64,000 nucleotides of DNA from the NCBI GenBank assembly GCA_965215565.1, contig CBDCDZ010000004.1, positions 416,001 to 480,000 on the forward strand. The letters run 5' to 3'. Shown in pieces: positions 58,423 to 64,000 of the stretch (positions are counted from its first letter, which is position 1; every line of letters begins with the position of its first letter). The notes beneath the pieces are model-generated. The model was not told where the DNA came from, did not search any database, and saw only the letters and a list, made by a program, of their open reading frames with translations. The stretch is from Trueperaceae bacterium. Its GTDB lineage: Bacteria > Deinococcota > Deinococci > Deinococcales > Trueperaceae. The translations under genes and the position numbers were made by a program.

Positions 58423-61400
58423 ATGACGCACACACGCATGTTTCGGCTTTTGATGACGCTGCTTTTGGGGGCGATCCTATTTCAGTTCGTCGCGGCACAA
58501 GAGGGTGACAGCGCTGCGCGCATCCACTACACCCGCCCGGATGGAGTGTACGAAGGCTGGCGGCTTCACGTGTGGGAGGACACTACGCAACCCACCGAGT
58601 GGGAAAACGGCTTGGAGATTTCGGGCGAGGACGAATACGGCGTCTACTGGGACGTCGGTTTGACCGAGAATGCGCAGACGCTCAACTTCATCGTCCATAG
58701 AGGCGACGAGAAAGACCCCGGTCCCGATATGAGCTTGGACCTCGGCGAGATGGGGCGAGAGGTATGGCTCGTGTCGGGGGACAGCACGCTTCATACGGAG
58801 CAGCCGAGTGGTGAAGAGGTCATGGCTTCGGTAGGCGACCTCAGTCAAGCAGAAGCGTACTGGCTCCGCGCCGATACGCTCGCCTTGGATACGAGCGGCT
58901 TGCCGGAAGGCGCGCAGTTTTCACTCGTTTATGCGGCGGACGCGGTCTTAAACGCGGAGAATTTGGACGCGGGCGAAGCGTTTCCGCTGAGCTTGGATGA
59001 AGATGGACTCAGTGAAGAGGTTAGGGAGGCCTTTCCGCATTTAGCTGAGCTTTCCAGGCTCGAGCTGACAGACCCCCCCAACGCCCCCGACCTCTTGCGC
59101 GGTCAACTCGCGCTCGTGGTGAGGGACGCCGAGGGCAACCTTTTAGACGCGACGGGTGTGCAGATTCCGGGTGTCCTAGACGACCTCTACGCCGAAGCTG
59201 CCTACGACGAAGCGCTCGGCGTGGTGTGGGACGGTGATACACCTACGGTGCGCGTGTGGGCTCCGACGGCGCAGAACGTGCGGCTGCACCTCTTTGGGCG
59301 TCCGAATGGCGAGGCGGACGAGGTACTTGACATGACCTACGACGCCGCCACCGGAATCTGGAGCGTCACGGGCGACGCGAATTGGAGCGAGCGGTACTAC
59401 CTCTTCGAGACGACGGTCTACGCGCCCTCTACGCAGCAGATTGAGACCAACCTCGTCACCGACCCCTATTCGCACTCCTTGGCGCTGAACAGCACCCATT
59501 CGCAGATCGTGAATTTGGATAGCCCCGAACTTCAGCCCGAAGGCTGGACAGACTTGGAGAAACCACCGCTCACCTCGACCAGAGACAGCGCCGTGTACGA
59601 ACTCCACATGCGCGACTTCAGCGTGGGTGACGAGACCGTACCCGAGGAGGCGCGCGGCACATACCTAGCCTTTACCCAGCCCGACTCAGACGGCATGACG
59701 CACCTCAAATCTTTAGCCGCAGCAGGCTTGACCCACCTTCACCTCTTGCCGACGTTCGACATTGCTACGATCAACGAGGACAAATCCGCGTGGGAAGAAC
59801 CGGCGGGCGACCTCTCCTCGTACGGTCCCGCCGCCGAGGAGCAGCAAGCCGCCATCGGCGAGGTTCGTGAGCAAGACCCCTACAACTGGGGCTATGACCC
59901 GTACCACTACACCGTGCCCGAGGGAAGTTACGCTACGGAGCCGATGGGTACGCCGCGCCTTGTGCAGTACCGCGAGATGGTGAAGGCCTTGAATGAGGCG
60001 GGGCTGCGCGTCGTGATGGACGTCGTGTATAACCACACGAACGCGAGCGGGCAGAGTGAACGCTCCGTGCTCGATAAGGTCGTGCCCGGCTACTACCACC
60101 GCCTCACCTTGGAGGGCGAGGTGGAGACCTCCACGTGTTGCCAGAACACCGCTACGGAGCACAAGATGATGGAAAAGCTGATGGTGGACTCGCTCGTGAC
60201 GTGGGCGAAAGACTACAAGGTAGACGGCTTCCGCTTCGACTTGATGGGGCATCATATGGTGGAGAACATGGTTGCCGTCAAGGAGGCGCTCGGCGCGCTC
60301 ACACTAGAAGAGGACGGCGTGGACGGCGCGAGCATCCTCCTCTACGGCGAAGGCTGGAACTTCGGCGAGGTGGCGGACGGGGCGCGGGGACTCAACGCCA
60401 CGCAGCTCAACACGGGCGGCCTGGGGATTGCCACCTTTAACGACAGGCTCCGCGACGCGGTGCGCGGCGGCGGTCCCTTCGATAGTGGCACCGATCTGGT
60501 GACCAATCAAGGCTTTATCAACGGGCTCTTTTACAACCCGAACGCTCAAGTCGAAGCGTCCGAAGCGGAGCAGCGCGAGGCGCTCCTACGCGCCGCCGAT
60601 CAAATCCGCGTGGGGCTGACGGGGAACCTGTCGAGCTACACCTTCCAGAATGCGCAGGGCGAAGAGGTGAGCGGCGCGGCGGTAGACTACAACGGCTCAC
60701 CCGCCGGGTACACCGAAGCGCCGCAAGAGGCCGTGACCTACGTCTCGGCGCACGACAACCAGACCTTGTGGGACAATAGCGAGTACAAGCACCCCGCTGA
60801 CCTCTCCATAGACGAGCGTGTGCGGGCGCAGAACCTGGGGCTCAGCGTCGTCGCGCTTTCACAGGGCACGCCCTTCTTTCACGCGGGCAGCGAACTGCTG
60901 CGCTCGAAATCCTTAGACCGCGACTCGTACGACTCGGGCGACTGGTTCAACGCCCTCGACTACAGCTTTGAAACCAACAACTGGGGCGTCGGCTTGCCGC
61001 CTGCGTGGTCGAATGAGGACAACTGGTCCGTCATGACGCCGATCTTACAGGGGCGTGAAGCGCCGGAAGAGGTGCATATCGAGAGGTCAGCGGAGCACCT
61101 GCGCGAGATGCTCGCCATCCGCCAAAGCGCTCCCCTCTTCCGCTTGGAGAGCGCCGAGGCGGTGCAGAACCAGTTGGCCTTTCACAATACGGGTCCCGAG
61201 CAAATCCCCGGTGTGATCGTGATGAGCTTGCAAGCGGATGATTCAGACGAGCCAGCGTACGGACGCATCGTCGTCGCCTTTAACGCTACGAATGACACGC
61301 AGACCTTAAACGTGCCGCTCACAGAGACCTTTCAGCTTCACCCCGTGCAGCAGGGGAGCGGCGACGAACGGGTCAAGGAGGCGCAACTGAGCGGCGGACA

Positions 61401-61455
61401 GCTCCGCGTGCCCGCTCGCACGACGGCTGTGTTTGTCACGGCAGGAGATAACTAG
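58423..61455 (+). CDS. pulA: Secreted pullulanase-type alpha-1,6-glucosidase (GH13) with N-terminal pullulanase-associated (CBM41-like) domain
   Basis: YNWGYDP, DVVYNH, DGFRFDLMGH, YGEGW, YVSAHDN. Confidence 0.92.
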   Translation: MTHTRMFRLLMTLLLGAILFQFVAAQEGDSAARIHYTRPDGVYEGWRLHVWEDTTQPTEWENGLEISGEDEYGVYWDVGLTENAQTLNFIVHRGDEKDPGPDMSLDLGEMGREVWLVSGDSTLHTEQPSGEEVMASVGDLSQAEAYWLRADTLALDTSGLPEGAQFSLVYAADAVLNAENLDAGEAFPLSLDEDGLSEEVREAFPHLAELSRLELTDPPNAPDLLRGQLALVVRDAEGNLLDATGVQIPGVLDDLYAEAAYDEALGVVWDGDTPTVRVWAPTAQNVRLHLFGRPNGEADEVLDMTYDAATGIWSVTGDANWSERYYLFETTVYAPSTQQIETNLVTDPYSHSLALNSTHSQIVNLDSPELQPEGWTDLEKPPLTSTRDSAVYELHMRDFSVGDETVPEEARGTYLAFTQPDSDGMTHLKSLAAAGLTHLHLLPTFDIATINEDKSAWEEPAGDLSSYGPAAEEQQAAIGEVREQDPYNWGYDPYHYTVPEGSYATEPMGTPRLVQYREMVKALNEAGLRVVMDVVYNHTNASGQSERSVLDKVVPGYYHRLTLEGEVETSTCCQNTATEHKMMEKLMVDSLVTWAKDYKVDGFRFDLMGHHMVENMVAVKEALGALTLEEDGVDGASILLYGEGWNFGEVADGARGLNATQLNTGGLGIATFNDRLRDAVRGGGPFDSGTDLVTNQGFINGLFYNPNAQVEASEAEQREALLRAADQIRVGLTGNLSSYTFQNAQGEEVSGAAVDYNGSPAGYTEAPQEAVTYVSAHDNQTLWDNSEYKHPADLSIDERVRAQNLGLSVVALSQGTPFFHAGSELLRSKSLDRDSYDSGDWFNALDYSFETNNWGVGLPPAWSNEDNWSVMTPILQGREAPEEVHIERSAEHLREMLAIRQSAPLFRLESAEAVQNQLAFHNTGPEQIPGVIVMSLQADDSDEPAYGRIVVAFNATNDTQTLNVPLTETFQLHPVQQGSGDERVKEAQLSGGQLRVPARTTAVFVTAGDN

Positions 61456-61495
61456 CGTCTACGGTGTTCAACCTTTATGCCGCTGAACCGAGCCC

Positions 61496-62359
61496 ATGAC
61501 CGCCCCCCTCTACTTCGCCTCGCTCGCCGTTTTAAGTGGTCTTCTCTACCTCGTTGTTTCACTAAGCTCTAAAAGACCGCGCCACGACCGCGACTGGAAA
61601 GTGGACTACGCGCTCACGCCGCGCACCAGTACCAAAGGGCGAGAGGTCACGGTTCACAATTTGCGCGACTTTCGCTATGGTCAAGCGGACGACTCGGGAC
61701 TCCCGGAGGACGTCCATGTTGCGTACGACACGCGGACGTACGACCTGGATAAGCTCGAGTCCTTATGGCTCGTTTTAGAGTCCTTCAGCCGTTTCGACGC
61801 TGTGGCCCACACGCTGCTCAGCTTCGGCTTTTCGGACGGGCGCTACTTAGCTGTCTCCATCGAGGCGCGCATTCCTAGAGGCGAACGCTACGACCTCCTG
61901 CGCGGGCTCTTCAAAACCTTTGAACTCGTGTACCTCTTCGGCGACGAACGCGACCTCATCGCCCGTAGAGCGAAGGTTTTAGACCACGACGTCTACCTCT
62001 ACCCGGTTCGCGCTGCACCTAGCGTCATAAAAGACCTCTTGCTGAGCTACCTTCGCGCCGCCGATAGGCTCATAGAGGAGCCGCGCTTTTACAACAGCCT
62101 GTTCGACAACTGCACGAGCGGTATCGTCAAGCACGTGACCGAGGTGGACCCCTCGGCGCTCTCGCGCTATACGGTAGCGCAGATCGCGCCGGGTTGGTCA
62201 GACCGGATTCTCTATAGCCGCAACTTGATTGACACGGACTTGCCTTTCGAGACGCTGCGCACCCACTTCAATGTGAAAGAGAAAGCTAAGCGGTTTGCGA
62301 CTGACCCCGAGTTTTCGAAGAGGATTCGGGAGGGGTTACAGAGAAGTCCGCCCCGATGA
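61496..62359 (+). CDS. DUF4105 (Lnb-like) domain protein
   Basis: HNLRDFRY, AHTLLSFGFSDGRYLAVSIEAR, ERDLI, FYNSLFDNCT. Confidence 0.8.
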   Translation: MTAPLYFASLAVLSGLLYLVVSLSSKRPRHDRDWKVDYALTPRTSTKGREVTVHNLRDFRYGQADDSGLPEDVHVAYDTRTYDLDKLESLWLVLESFSRFDAVAHTLLSFGFSDGRYLAVSIEARIPRGERYDLLRGLFKTFELVYLFGDERDLIARRAKVLDHDVYLYPVRAAPSVIKDLLLSYLRAADRLIEEPRFYNSLFDNCTSGIVKHVTEVDPSALSRYTVAQIAPGWSDRILYSRNLIDTDLPFETLRTHFNVKEKAKRFATDPEFSKRIREGLQRSPPR

Positions 62360-62503
62360 TTGAACCCTCTCTTCAGAGCGAAGAGAGGGCGCGAAGGGAG
62401 CTGCCTGAGCGTAGCTCAGAGCTACTGCGAGGAATCGCCGGTTTCCGCGTTCAGCACTTTGAGAAGCTGATCATTGGTGAGTTCGGGCTCGTTGGGCAGT
62501 GGT

Positions 62504-63793
62504 TCACTGTGCGACCAGAATCCACACGCCAGCGCTGCTTTGGCTCGAGTTCCAAACGATACTGCCACCTTGCGCTGCTAAAGCGCCGCGCCCCGGGTCG
62601 GCGTTCTCGAGGCGGTAGCCTTCGCCCTCTTGAGACACCGCCCAGCGCTTGTCATCGCCTGCTGGTGTGGCGTCGGCTACCCAGCGGACGTCGCCACCGG
62701 GTCGCGTGTCGAGTGCACCCCGGTCAGGACGCTTATTCACAATGAAGAAGCTGTTGTCGCCCGCTGCAACAAACTGGAAGAGTCGGTCATCTCCGTTGCT
62801 GTCGGGCTTGAGCGAGAGCTGGCCACCGCCGCTGGTATCCAGGAATTGCCCCTGGGCGGCGTTCTCGAGGCTGTACCACACGCCTTCTTGCGGAAAGGCT
62901 CCAGGCTCGGGCTGCGGTTCGGGTTCAGGGTCTGGACCGGGCTCGGGAGCAGGCTGTGACGGCCCACCGCCGCCTGGCGCGACGTCTTCAAAGGACGCTC
63001 GAGCGCTGCCCCTCCGGTACTCGTCGGTGTAGATCAGGCGCGTCTTACTGCCCGACCTGCCGGGGTCGCCCGTATAGGCCCCCATCTTGAAGTTCGGCCC
63101 GGCCCCTTCGTCGTTCCACCAGGTGGCACCCTTGTAATCAACTGTCGGCGCGGACCAAGCGCCGTTGGCATCTCTCACCCACAAACGGAAGAACCCGTCG
63201 CTGTTGCCCGTCCACTTGGCGTGCATCACGAAGTCAATCCATTTGCCCTTGTACTGGTCCAAGCTGTCAAAAATCTTAAACTTTTCGCATTCGGTGTCGC
63301 TGCCGCCTTGGTGTTGCAGTGCGTAGGACAAGCTGCCGTCGCCGCCAATGGTGAGGTGATGACCTGCCGCGCCGCATATCGGTCTGAGGTTGCGGCCCTC
63401 TTTAGGCGGATAGAGGGTGTGTTGGTGAACAATTAAACCGAGTCCGTCAGGGCTGTAGTCCGCCGGTACGAACATCGACCAACCATACCAGCGCGTATCG
63501 CCTATACCTACTTTCCTCAAGTTGATTTCAGCGCGCTCGCCGCTGTTTGAAACAGTGTGCTTAAACGCGACGTTACCTGCGCGCACCTGCTCTTGGGTCT
63601 CAGAAACTGACGTGCCTTCAAACTCTTGGACTTGGTACGCGCCGCTCAAGCTCTCGCTCACCTCTTCTTCGATGTTGCTCCGCGCCGCAGCACTGACTTC
63701 CGGTTCCAAGCTCTGCGAACACGCCGCCAGCATTCCGAGGAGGGCCAGTAGCCCTAAAGCCACTACCAATCTCAACGTTGACTTACCTAACAT
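62504..63793 (-). CDS. Lipoprotein with polysaccharide-lyase-like domain, Pro-Glu linker and ricin-B-like domain
   Basis: Lipobox LAAC; RAEI..WYGWSMFVP..IVHQ..GKWIDFVMHAKW..GFFRLW..NFKMGAY; PEPEP linker; C-terminal WYSLEN..LDT repeats. Confidence 0.75.
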   Translation of the reverse strand: MLGKSTLRLVVALGLLALLGMLAACSQSLEPEVSAAARSNIEEEVSESLSGAYQVQEFEGTSVSETQEQVRAGNVAFKHTVSNSGERAEINLRKVGIGDTRWYGWSMFVPADYSPDGLGLIVHQHTLYPPKEGRNLRPICGAAGHHLTIGGDGSLSYALQHQGGSDTECEKFKIFDSLDQYKGKWIDFVMHAKWTGNSDGFFRLWVRDANGAWSAPTVDYKGATWWNDEGAGPNFKMGAYTGDPGRSGSKTRLIYTDEYRRGSARASFEDVAPGGGGPSQPAPEPGPDPEPEPQPEPGAFPQEGVWYSLENAAQGQFLDTSGGGQLSLKPDSNGDDRLFQFVAAGDNSFFIVNKRPDRGALDTRPGGDVRWVADATPAGDDKRWAVSQEGEGYRLENADPGRGALAAQGGSIVWNSSQSSAGVWILVAQ

Positions 63794-64000
63794 AATCCTT
63801 CCTTTCCTTTAGAGCTGCGTCGTTGCAAGCTCTACGCTGTGTTGCGTCAGGGCGTTGGCTTCGCTCGAGGACCGGGTCTACACCCCACCTAGATGCAGCC
63901 GGCGAGACGGGCTCGGCGTGCTGCAAGGAATAAAAAAGAAGCTGTACGGAGAAGACGCTGCACTATTCCTGTTGTCAATGTAGACGAAGCTGCAAGATGC

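Overview
Bacterial window, most consistent with a Deinococcota (Truepera-like) genome. This is inferred from protein types and several apparent leaderless genes, not proven. The left ~26.8 kb is an accessory mosaic. It holds a surface lipoprotein and a divergent BTAD/STAND-TPR regulator, a broken IS110 whose left end folds like a bridge RNA, an IS630 remnant, glutamine synthetase III followed by a collapsed urease operon, and a serine hydrolase. It also has a signal-peptide Rhs/YD gene cleanly interrupted by a 7,084-bp Tn3-family transposon (41-bp perfect TIRs, TATAC target duplication). The transposon carries a tyrosine recombinase and an unusual cargo: a lipoprotein with His-Me nuclease + vWA + Ig-like domains, followed by an SMI1/KNR4 (SUKH) protein. 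A second tyrosine recombinase sits next to a 55-bp palindrome. The right ~37 kb is mostly housekeeping and metabolism: NhaC, nucleotide-sugar dehydrogenase, IscA, GT4, tRNA-Trp, tal, CDGSH protein, CPA2 antiporter, a polyol ABC/dehydrogenase cluster with LacI, minC, iaaA, gnd, TauE, MDR, NupC, TRIC, pullulanase, DUF4105 and a polysaccharide lyase. It also contains a type III R-M locus whose res gene is frameshifted and lacks its catalytic Asp, with an extra PD-(D/E)XK-like gene between mod and res. All calls come from visual motif reading; no database searches were run.
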